Of a stretch of 64,000 bases of DNA, positions 50,582 to 59,127 are shown piece after piece. The stretch's first letter is position 1. Each line of letters opens with the position of its first letter. Source of the DNA: Candidatus Spongiisociaceae bacterium (GTDB lineage: Bacteria > Actinomycetota > Acidimicrobiia > Spongiisociales > Spongiisociaceae); NCBI GenBank assembly GCA_965262915.1, contig OZ253564.1, forward strand, positions 3,424,001-3,488,000. The letters are read 5' to 3'. The position numbers were made by a program, and so were the translations under genes. Under the pieces are notes generated by a model. That model worked only from the letters and a program-made list of their open reading frames with translations, was not told the DNA's origin and did no database searches.

Positions 50582-51370
50582 CTACCGAGCAGTGCGGGGA
50601 TGGCCGTGGACCGCCGCGTAGAGCCGCCGCACCATGGCTGTGGGATCCTGGGCGCTCCACGTGTTGCGGCCGAAGGCGATCCCCGATGCTCCGGCGGCCA
50701 CTACATCGGCCGCGTAACGGACCGCATCGTCCTCGCTGTCGCGCTTGGGACCGCCGAGCACGAAAACGGGCGCCTCGCAGTTGCACACGACACGGGGAAG
50801 GTCGCCGATGTCCGGCGGGGCCATCGTCTTGATCGCGTCTGCCCCGAGTTCGATGCAGATGCGGGCGCCCCGGGCGATGTGCTCCGCATCCCACGGAACA
50901 TCCCTTGCCCATCCCCCCGGAATCGACTCGGCGATCACGGGCATCCCGATCTTCTCGCACTCGCACACCAGTTCGGCCAGCCGCCGCAGCGAAGGTCCTT
51001 CCTCGTCCATGCCGGGGTAGACCATGAGAACGACGGCGTCGGCGCCGATCGTGGCTGCCTGCTCGGCCCCGTACAGGAGGGAGAAGCTGTCGCCGGGTGC
51101 GAAACCGCCCATCTGGGTCACGCCGCCGTCCACCCGCAACACGAGACCGCACCGGGCGAACGCTTCCGGGTAGCGCCGGGCGATCTGCCAGGTGGAGAGG
51201 ATCCCGTCCGGCCCTCCGTCGGCAACCTTCTCGACGACATCCAGCGCCGGTCCGTCACCCGAGGCCGATTGCATATCGATCGCCACCAGGAACGCCCGCC
51301 CGTCCCGGCCGATGAACCGGGAGGCCCGGCGCAACTTGCCGGCCCCCACCGCCGAAGAGATGTATTCCAT
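50582..51370 (-). CDS. Class I aldolase, DhnA/LsrF family
   Basis: GADAV, ELGADAIKT (Schiff-base Lys), LGGPK, FGRN; AAGGAG RBS before ATG 51370. Confidence 0.85.
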   Translation of the reverse strand: MEYISSAVGAGKLRRASRFIGRDGRAFLVAIDMQSASGDGPALDVVEKVADGGPDGILSTWQIARRYPEAFARCGLVLRVDGGVTQMGGFAPGDSFSLLYGAEQAATIGADAVVLMVYPGMDEEGPSLRRLAELVCECEKIGMPVIAESIPGGWARDVPWDAEHIARGARICIELGADAIKTMAPPDIGDLPRVVCNCEAPVFVLGGPKRDSEDDAVRYAADVVAAGASGIAFGRNTWSAQDPTAMVRRLYAAVHGHPRTAR

Positions 51371-51426
51371 GTTGCACAGTCTCCTTGTCGCTGTAGGTCC
51401 CGGACCGCATCGAGTGTCGATCGCGG

Positions 51427-52734
51427 TCACTCCCGCCGCTCGGCCACTTCCAGACGGGCTGTCACCTCGTCCCCGAGGGCGATGAAGCGCTCGAGACCCT
51501 CCCGGTAGGCGGCGGCGGGTTCGGGGTCGAAGGTGGTGACGGGCGGGGTCGGCCAATCACCAGGCCCGCCTTCGCCCGGCCGGGGCCACCAACCTAGCGC
51601 GGCGCCGGCGCCCAGGGCCGCTCCGTAGGCCGCCATCTCGTCGCACTCCGGCACGTCGAACGGGACGCCCAGGACCGATGCCTTGATGGAGGTCCAGAGC
51701 GTGCTACGCGAGGGACCTCCCGAACATACCACCCTCTGCAGGATCACACCCTGGTCCCCCAGGACGCGGGCAATGTGAGCCAGGCCGTAGGCGGTCGATT
51801 CGAGCAACGCCCTCGTGATGATCGGCACCCCGGAACCCGGCCCGAGACCGTGGATGGAGGCGCGCAGCCTCATGTCCCAGCGGGGCGCTCGCTCGCCCTC
51901 CAGGAAGGGCAGCACGATGACCCCGGCAGATCCGGGCGGTACCTCGGCTGCCGCCTCCAGCAGGTCGGGTATCGGCCGGCCGGTGATCCCGGACCACCAA
52001 TCCATGATGGCGCCGTGGGCGGCGACCGGACCGCCAACTATGTAGACGCCGGGCACCGGGCTCGGCATCCCGTACTCGACGGCGGGGGGGTATTCGGCCA
52101 CCGACACTGCCACCCCCAGACCGCCGGTCTTCCCGCCGGGGTCGAAACCCCGCCCCGGAGCATCGATAGAGGCGGCCCATGCCGTCATGAACGCGTCGTT
52201 GCTGCCGGGCGCCAGGACGATGCCTGGAGGAAGCCCCTGGTCTCCCGACGTGACCCCGGCAGGGGAACCGACCGGGACCGGCGTCCCGAATCCGGGAAGC
52301 CCCTCCATCGACGACCATACGCTCTGGATCCCCGGCGAACCTCCCAGGGCGGACACTATGTAGTCCCACATCTGGCGAGGCTCGGCACCGGGCCCGAACC
52401 GTTCCCTCAACACGCCCGCCTGTGCCTCTTGCTGCTCGGTGGGGCCGGCGGTCGCTCCGGCGGGATGACGGAAGGTCACCGCCAGTTCTCCTGTCGACAC
52501 CACCGTGGTGGGACCCTGGCCACCGACGCACAGCGCCGTCGGTCTCTCACAGCCGAGCCCACCGACGGCGCGCGAGAGTCCCGCCAGCCAGATGGCCGGA
52601 TCGACCTCGCCGGTCGGACGCCGGACGCCGGACGTGTATGCCGATCTCGAAGTGGCCACGACGCTCCCGGCCCGGTCTATCGCGACGGCGCGGGCCGCGC
52701 CGCTGCCGATGTCGACTCCGGCGACGATCGGCAT
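51427..52734 (-). CDS. FGGY-family carbohydrate kinase
   Basis: GVDIGSG, GQGPT, GSND, PFLEGERAP, GGPSRS. Confidence 0.9.
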   Translation of the reverse strand: MPIVAGVDIGSGAARAVAIDRAGSVVATSRSAYTSGVRRPTGEVDPAIWLAGLSRAVGGLGCERPTALCVGGQGPTTVVSTGELAVTFRHPAGATAGPTEQQEAQAGVLRERFGPGAEPRQMWDYIVSALGGSPGIQSVWSSMEGLPGFGTPVPVGSPAGVTSGDQGLPPGIVLAPGSNDAFMTAWAASIDAPGRGFDPGGKTGGLGVAVSVAEYPPAVEYGMPSPVPGVYIVGGPVAAHGAIMDWWSGITGRPIPDLLEAAAEVPPGSAGVIVLPFLEGERAPRWDMRLRASIHGLGPGSGVPIITRALLESTAYGLAHIARVLGDQGVILQRVVCSGGPSRSTLWTSIKASVLGVPFDVPECDEMAAYGAALGAGAALGWWPRPGEGGPGDWPTPPVTTFDPEPAAAYREGLERFIALGDEVTARLEVAERRE

Positions 52735-53753
52735 CAGCCGTTCTCGAACTCCACGAACACGCGATAGGTCGGTTCGGAGGTCACCAGCGTGAGGGCATCG
52801 CCCAGGCCCGCCAGGGGGAACCGGGCGGATACCAGACGGTTGAGCTGGTCGGCGATGACTCCGGAGCGTATGATGGTCGAGGCCCGTCTCCAGTCCTCCG
52901 GCTCCTGGTTGAAGGCTCCGACGATGGCCACCTCCTCGCGGTGAGACCTGTCGGCGCCCACCGAGGCGGTCACGTCCTTGTCGAACGCGCTGTAGAGAAC
53001 CACGGTTCCCCCGCGGTCGGCCAGTTCCACGGCCAGGTCCACCCCTCCCATGGCAGCCACGAAGACTACGTCTGCCCGATCCCCCACCTCCATGGCATCG
53101 CCCGGCTCGGCAACCCAGTCGGCGCCGACCTCGAGGGCCTCGGACCGGCGAGCGGCCGACAGATCGATCACGCCGATGGTCGAGGCGCCGCCCAGCCTGG
53201 CCAGGGCCATGTGGATCCGTCCCATGAGGCCCCCGCCGATGATGGTCACCCGATCACCCGGTCTGAACCGACCCTGACGCAGGGAGTGGACGCAGCAGGC
53301 GATCGGTTCCCCCATCGCGGCATGGGCCATCGGCGCATCGCCAACCGGATGGACCGACTTGGCGTCGACCGCGATCCTCTCGGTGAACCCGCCGAACGCC
53401 ACCGTGCCATCGGACAGCCTCCGTCCCTGCCGGTATTGGCACAGACCGGTCTTGCCCCGCCGGCACGGTCCGCAGGTGAGGCATCGGGTGAGCAGGTCGA
53501 TGGTTACGCGATCACCAACCTGGGGAGAGCCCACCAGCCCGTCCACCCCTGTGCCGGCGGCCACGATGACCCCGGCGGCCTCGTGGCCCGGCGAGACCGG
53601 ATACCAGAGTTTGTCGCCCGCGAAGAGCCGGCGTTCGAGGGTGCATATACCGCACGCGGCTATATCGACCAGCACTTGGTCGGCGCCCGGGGTGGGGACG
53701 GGCTCCTGGCGGAATTCGACCTCTCCGGGTCCCGTGATGACTGCTGCTTTCAA
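52734..53753 (-). CDS. Zinc-dependent medium-chain alcohol/polyol dehydrogenase
   Basis: CGIC, GHE, CxxCxxCx7C, EPIAC, GGGLMG. Confidence 0.9.
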   Translation of the reverse strand: MKAAVITGPGEVEFRQEPVPTPGADQVLVDIAACGICTLERRLFAGDKLWYPVSPGHEAAGVIVAAGTGVDGLVGSPQVGDRVTIDLLTRCLTCGPCRRGKTGLCQYRQGRRLSDGTVAFGGFTERIAVDAKSVHPVGDAPMAHAAMGEPIACCVHSLRQGRFRPGDRVTIIGGGLMGRIHMALARLGGASTIGVIDLSAARRSEALEVGADWVAEPGDAMEVGDRADVVFVAAMGGVDLAVELADRGGTVVLYSAFDKDVTASVGADRSHREEVAIVGAFNQEPEDWRRASTIIRSGVIADQLNRLVSARFPLAGLGDALTLVTSEPTYRVFVEFENG

Positions 53754-53964
53754 GATGCCTCCCGGATGCGCTCAGCGGAGCAGCCCCGCTCCACTACCTG
53801 CCCGCTTTCTGGAGTTGTGACCGTACCATCCCCCATCGCAGTGGTTCGGGGGCCGGCGCGCCGCTACCAACCGCTCTCAGCGGTCTTGATGGTCGCCGAC
53901 TTCTGCGGAAGTACTCGCGCCTGGCATCCGGACCCTCGCTCACTCCATGGCCGCTCGATCTTTA

Positions 53965-53981
53965 GAGGTGCGGCTCACCTC
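53965..53981 (-). terminator. Hairpin immediately 3' of the candidate ncRNA
   Basis: GAGGTG-5 nt-CACCTC stem. Confidence 0.35.
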
Positions 53982-54176
53982 GAAGGCGGTCATGTAGTAG
54001 TGGGTGACCTACACCTGCCCCGCTTCCAGCCGGTTCGCCACCGGGTGGGCCTTGCCGGACTCTCCGTCCGGACAGCCGAGACCAGGCCGTACCGGCTGTT
54101 GGGTCGGTAGCCCGGTTCTTCGTGTATGGATCAGGACTCTGAGCCCCACAACCGGGCAGGCCATGGAGGCCGCTCC
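53982..54176 (-). ncRNA. Candidate 6S RNA-like structured RNA (about 195 nt)
   Basis: 5'/3' end pairing (GGAGCGG..CATG / CATG.CCGCCTTC; GTTGTGGG / CCCACTAC), unpaired central segment, GGCCCACCCG...GCGGG resembling the Firmicute 6S motif; folded by eye only. Confidence 0.45.
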
Positions 54177-54229
54177 GCCGGGCGCACGCCACGTCTTCCC
54201 TGAAGACCGGAACGGTCACTCGAACTATC

Positions 54230-54682
54230 TCAGTCCCTGTACAACGCCACCCACTTGATGATCTCGTCGACTTCGGCCGACAGCTCCATCAGGCCGACGT
54301 GCTCGTCGTAGAGATCGCCGTCCATCTGTGCCTTTATCTCCGGCTCCAGCACGTGATATACAGGAAGTCCCAACGGGACTCCGGCCAACGGACCCGCCCA
54401 GGTCGGATCGCCTCTCGTCACCGTCTCCGCGAAGAGACCGGCGCTGTTGGCGTCCGGCTGGCCCAGCACCACGACCATGTCGTCGGTACCGGAAGTCTCG
54501 GCCAGGCGGTTTACGTTCGCCTGGTCCTCCAAGTCCATGGCGCCCCCCGCCGTTCAGACGAAACACTGGGTGACGCTGAACACCACGGTGGCACCGGCCG
54601 ATTCGGCCAGCAGCTTGAGGCTGGGGCCGTTGACGCCTTCGCGCTCGCCGATGGCCACCACCCGCTTACCGTTCAGATCCAT
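54230..54682 (-). CDS. grdA: Glycine/sarcosine/betaine reductase selenoprotein A (Sec at codon 43, UGA 54554-54556)
   Basis: MDLNGKRVVAIGEREGV...TQCFV-UGA-TAGGAMDLEDQ...GDPTWAGPLAGVPLGLPVYH; AAAGGAGG RBS; CxxU motif. Confidence 0.92.
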
Positions 54683-54835
54683 GCGTGGACCTCCTTTCAT
54701 TGCCTTTCGAGACCGGTCGAACCCGCGGGCCGCTCACCACCACGATACGTCCGGACCGCCAGCATAGATCGCTTTGGTAAGGCCGGGATCGACTACAAAC
54801 CAACGGCGAACATACTAACGCTGGCTAGCGGGTTC

Positions 54836-55633
54836 ATGGACTCCTACGACTTCACTCTCAATCCGTACAGCGGATGCTCCTTCGGTTGTACCTATTGCTA
54901 TGCCGCATTCTTCAGCCCGGACAAACAGAAAAGAGATTCCTGGGGGGACTGGGTGGTAGTCAAAGAGAACGCAGTCGAGTTGATGAGAAGGCGTAGGCGC
55001 GGTGGATTGGACGGAAGGCGCATCTATATGAGCAGTGTGACCGATCCTTACCAGCCCATTGAGAGGAAGCTGGAGATTACCCCGGAATTGCTCAAGATCA
55101 TGGCCGAGCATCACAGGCCGAAGCTAATGGTACAGACCCGTAGCCCCCTCGTCGTGCGGGACTGTGACCTGTTCCGGCAGATCGAGGGGAGCGGTGGAAG
55201 GGTTCAAGTCAATATGACGGTCACCACCGACGATATGGACATCATGCGAACGTTCGAGCCGCTCTGCCCTCCCAACCGGAAACGCTTGGAGGCGATCACA
55301 AAGATACGGGAGGCCGGTGTCGAGTCCTGTATCACGATGACACCCCTGCTGCTGGTCAGCAACGATCACGAATTCGCCGATAGCCTGATCGAGACCGGGG
55401 TCCAGAAGTTCATCGCCCAGCCCTTCCACTTCAAGAAGGGCAAGTTCGTGGCCAACACCCGCCAGGAAGCCTTCGACCTGATGTCGGAGAAGCTCGGCTG
55501 TAACCGTGGAAACTTCATTCCCAGATACCTCGGGGCCTATGACGAGTTCGTCCGGATGTTCAAGATGAGGCTACTCGAGGAAGGGCTACCGGAACTGGGG
55601 ATAGGCAAGTCCGGCTTCGAACCACCGTGGTAA
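54836..55633 (+). CDS. Radical SAM protein, spore photoproduct lyase-like family (true start uncertain, coding-like sequence extends upstream)
   Basis: LNPYSGCSFGCTYCYA, MSSVTDPYQP, QTRSP, FEP. Confidence 0.8.
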   Translation: MDSYDFTLNPYSGCSFGCTYCYAAFFSPDKQKRDSWGDWVVVKENAVELMRRRRRGGLDGRRIYMSSVTDPYQPIERKLEITPELLKIMAEHHRPKLMVQTRSPLVVRDCDLFRQIEGSGGRVQVNMTVTTDDMDIMRTFEPLCPPNRKRLEAITKIREAGVESCITMTPLLLVSNDHEFADSLIETGVQKFIAQPFHFKKGKFVANTRQEAFDLMSEKLGCNRGNFIPRYLGAYDEFVRMFKMRLLEEGLPELGIGKSGFEPPW

Positions 55634-55661
55634 TGGCCCCCTGTCCGGTAATCAGATAAAG

Positions 55662-56078
55662 CTACAGCCTGAGCACCGGCACGTCCGGCGACTCAGGCCG
55701 GGGGCCCAGTGTCCGGTTCCGGCAGTCAGCAACCAGATCGAGTTCCTCCATGACGAGTTGACCGATCAACGGGTCGGCGCCCGGCGGCACCACGACGCAT
55801 CGAGCGAACGTCCAGCGGTCACCGATGTGCACGGTCAAGGGGCCGGCAATCGCTAGCTCACCTCGCCGACCGTCCGCGTAGGCGAAGGTTCCGCTGCCCA
55901 CAACCTCTACGCCGAGCCGCTCCACGACATCCGCGGGCAGCGCGAGCATCAGCGCACCTGTATCCGCAACAGCGCTGACCGTAGCCCGGCGGATTTCCGT
56001 CTCCCGGAGGATTCCCTTGTTGACCATCGCGCGGTCTTCCGCGTTCTGCAACTCGATGTCAACGACGATCTCGCCCAT
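55662..56078 (-). CDS. Clan AA (retropepsin-like) aspartic protease
   Basis: ADTGA, ADGR, LIGQLVMEELDL. Confidence 0.85.
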   Translation of the reverse strand: MGEIVVDIELQNAEDRAMVNKGILRETEIRRATVSAVADTGALMLALPADVVERLGVEVVGSGTFAYADGRRGELAIAGPLTVHIGDRWTFARCVVVPPGADPLIGQLVMEELDLVADCRNRTLGPRPESPDVPVLRL

Positions 56079-56176
56079 AGCTCGGCTTCAACTCCCCTCT
56101 CCGGCGTGTTCGCAGTGTGATTCGCAAGTGTATCGATGTATCAGTCATACCTGCTAACACTCACATACTAACACTA

Positions 56177-57625
56177 CTATGAGCCAGCCTCTGGTCGGTG
56201 GCCAGAAGCGGAGGGTCGTTCCACCACGAAGGACACCCCGTCGACCAACTGCGTCATCCTGCCCAGGAACAGGCTGCCCTTGGCGATGATCATCGCCCGA
56301 TCCAGCTCGCCTCGGCGCATGGCCCGGTGCGCGTGGCCGAGGTAGGGGACGCCGGCCGGAATGTGGCCTTGCGTTGGGGCGAACCCCGGCATCCCACGCT
56401 CGGTCACGAACCTGTCCATCTCGCCCCTTTGTATCTCGCCCCGCAGGACCGCCATCGCCGCCAGGGTGCGGTAGTTGGTCCTGGGTACGTCGCCGCTCCC
56501 ACCCGGTTCGGTGATCTCCGGGTTGTGCATCTCCACCGCGTACCGATCGATGTCGGTCATGCCGAGACCGGCCCTCACCAGCGGTTCCACCACCAGCGCC
56601 TCGTAGACAGCCCGCGACGACGACCCGGCCCCTATCGGATGCCGGCCGGTGAGGTCGAGACGCAGTCGCATACCGTCGCCGTCGGCGGGACCGACCAGGA
56701 AGGCCATCGAAGCCAGGCAGTCCTCCATCACGGGTACCCCGTTGCGAAGGTGGGCGGCGAACTTCATGCCCAGCTTGGCCTGCGACCCGCCGCCCAGTAC
56801 CACCACGTACTCGTGAAGACCCGCCGCGACCATCGCCCCGGCCGCGATCAGGGCATGCACGGGTGCGGCGCAGAAAGCCTTGATATCGGACCCCGTGGCG
56901 TTCACGCAGCCGACCACCTCCCCGACGGCCTTCGACAGGCTACCCCCGCCCCGCTGGTAACGGTCCCCCACCGCCTCCTCCCCGCTGTTGAACAGGTAGT
57001 CCACCCGGGATGCCGGAAGGGCGCTCCGGATCATCAGGTCCGAGACGGCAAGCACCGCGGTCGCCTTGGCAGCCAGATTCTCGAACAGCACATGGGCGGA
57101 CAGCGACGCGTCCTGTTCGTGGGCGGTGCGCATGAACCCGGCCACCCTCCCCCCGTCGTAAAGGGGAAGTCCGCTGCTGCGGTCCATGATCTCCCCCAAT
57201 TCGGCCGGCCCGACACCGGTGATGCGGTCCATCCGGTGACCGAAGGCGGTCAACTCCGCCCTGGCCCGGTCCGCCAATCGCTGGTCGATGGTGAGAAGGT
57301 CGAAGTCGTCGCACAACTTCATCAGCCCGTAGAGCGCGGCCTGGGTAACCAATCGGCCTAACGGCCCGGTGGACCGGGCGGGGACAACCCTGTTCTCGTA
57401 CCAGGGGCGGGGGATGGAGGCGAGGTCGTCAGGAGCGAGGTTGCCGATGAAGGTCTGGTTGGGCGGGTAACCGACCACCTCCTCCCAGGGGCGGAGGGCC
57501 TTGGTCAGCCGTGCCGACAGGGAAGGGTCCCTCTCGATCTCGCGGACTGGTTTCGATCCGTACCGGACGAAATCGGGAGCGTGGGCCAGCGCGTAGGACG
57601 TGTCGAGGATGGCGGGTAACGGCAT
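56177..57625 (-). CDS. grdC: Glycine/sarcosine/betaine reductase component C subunit beta
   Basis: YPPNQTFIGN, EEAVGDRYQRGGG, AFCAAP, EMHNPEIT, GFAPTQGHIP, KGSLFLGRMT. Confidence 0.92.
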   Translation of the reverse strand: MPLPAILDTSYALAHAPDFVRYGSKPVREIERDPSLSARLTKALRPWEEVVGYPPNQTFIGNLAPDDLASIPRPWYENRVVPARSTGPLGRLVTQAALYGLMKLCDDFDLLTIDQRLADRARAELTAFGHRMDRITGVGPAELGEIMDRSSGLPLYDGGRVAGFMRTAHEQDASLSAHVLFENLAAKATAVLAVSDLMIRSALPASRVDYLFNSGEEAVGDRYQRGGGSLSKAVGEVVGCVNATGSDIKAFCAAPVHALIAAGAMVAAGLHEYVVVLGGGSQAKLGMKFAAHLRNGVPVMEDCLASMAFLVGPADGDGMRLRLDLTGRHPIGAGSSSRAVYEALVVEPLVRAGLGMTDIDRYAVEMHNPEITEPGGSGDVPRTNYRTLAAMAVLRGEIQRGEMDRFVTERGMPGFAPTQGHIPAGVPYLGHAHRAMRRGELDRAMIIAKGSLFLGRMTQLVDGVSFVVERPSASGHRPEAGS

Positions 57626-57652
57626 CAGACTGCACTCTCCAGGGTCACCAGG

Positions 57653-58962
57653 TCACCAATCGGCGAATATTCGGGCTTCGTGGAGAGTAGTGGCAGCCGC
57701 CCTGAGGGCCTTGCACACCTGCTCGCGGCGCCAGGCGACCTCTTCGCCGGGCGTACGTACCGGGTAGCCCACCGGGTGGGGGATGAGGCCCGACGAACGG
57801 ATCCGGTTCGCCCCGGCGACCTTCGCTATCGATGTCATCGCGGTGAGCAGGGTGGCCGGTATCCCGTGCTTCTCGATCATCTTGCACATCGTTGCACCGC
57901 AACGCGTCCCGGTCCCTCAGGTACTGGTGGCGACGACCGCCTGGACCCCGTCGGCTCGGAGCCGGCGGGCGATCTCGGCGCCCATCCGCTCCGCGTCGGT
58001 CACGGTGGTACCGGTGCCCGTCGTCACGTAGACGTAGTCGTGGAGCTTGCCGATGGCGCCTTCCTCGGCCAGGGCGCGTAGGGCGTCGATCGGCACCAGC
58101 CGGTTGGGGTCGGCATCAACCCACTGCGAGTCGTAACCCGCATGGATGGACCGGAACACGGGCCACCGGTTGTCCTCGATCATGGCGAGCGGGTACCGGG
58201 CCCAGCGGGTGGCGCCGGAGGATTCGATGCGGTCCGGGTTGCCCTCCGGCACGAGCCCCCTTCGGTCAGGATGGCGACGGTGGTGGTCGACAGGTCCGCT
58301 ACTGCGGGCGCCGGTGGGACCGTCTCGGCCTGGGCCGGGAGCCGTACCTCGCTGGTGTACGGTTCGCCACCGACCTTGGCCATCAGCATGTCGAGGGCCC
58401 TGGCAGCCACCGGCGTGCGGTTCACCCAGGCGCCGCGGTAGCCCATGGGAATCCTCCCGTCATCGGCCGCCGGAAGCAGGTCCCCGCCGCGGGCGAGGCG
58501 GAGCCCGACCCTTGCCATCGACTCGAGCGCCGGGCGCATCCCGGCAGCCGAGTCGGCCGTGGCCACCATGACCACCCGGCTGCGGTAGACATCGACCGCC
58601 GGGGCATCAGGGAAGAGCCCGACAACCGCGGGGATCCCGAGCCGCTCCCTCGCGCCCGCTGCCACCGCCGCGCAGGCCAGCCCGTAGCGGCCGGCATTGA
58701 AGGCAGGGCCGGCCAGCACCAGATCCGGCTCGACTTCGGCGATGGCGGCGAGAGCGACATCGAGGTTCGCGTCCGCATCGGCGTGAAAGGCGTTGTCACC
58801 ACACACCAGGGTCCGCACGATCCTGGCCCCGTCATCAAGTAGCTGCTCGAGGGCCCGACCCGAACCGACCACCCCGTCGTGAACCTGCAAGGGGGTGCCC
58901 GCCCTGTCCTCGCCGCCGATCCCCCCGAAGAACTGGTTGAGGTAATGAACCATGCGGATCAT
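57653..58962 (-). CDS. grdB: Glycine/betaine/sarcosine reductase selenoprotein B (Sec UGA 57917-57919; -1 frameshift in the run at 58256-58260)
   Basis: VHYLNQFFGGIGGE, GPAFNAGRYG, (GL)VPEGNPDRIES, HAGYD, DPNRLVP, TST-UGA-GTGTRCGATM, GANRI, IPHPVG; split into three ORFs in the track. Confidence 0.9.
57890..57904 (-). promoter_or_regulatory. Bacterial SECIS hairpin of grdB
   Basis: CGTTGC-GGT-GCAACG perfect stem starting 12 nt 3' of the UGA. Confidence 0.8.
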
Positions 58963-58965
58963 CTA

Positions 58966-59127
58966 GTGGTCTGTCTGTGAAATGGCGGCGTGGTATGCGC
59001 CGGCAGCGGCGTTCCTCGCAAGGCCCGCCGACGAAGGCGTACCGGGAGCGTACGTAGAGGAGGCGGAACGCAGCGAGGGCCGTCGCTGGCAAGCAGAGCA
59101 CGCCAGGTTATTTTGCAGGCAGACCAC
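58966..59127. mobile_element. 162-bp MITE, copy 2, with TA target duplication, between the grdE stop and grdB start
   Basis: TA|GTGGTCTGTCTGTGAAAT...ATTTTGCAGGCAGACCAC|TA. Confidence 0.85.

Noticed and set aside
53754-54800. tRNA-Sec (selC) near grdA
   Set aside because: No UCA anticodon arm with a T-arm found by eye
57653-57655. Second Sec codon at the grdB terminal UGA
   Set aside because: It lies at the expected family C-terminus and no SECIS-like hairpin follows
58835-59101. Repeated small protein MLCLPAT...FTDRPL (also within 43566..44306)
   Set aside because: Translation of the 162-bp MITE, not a gene
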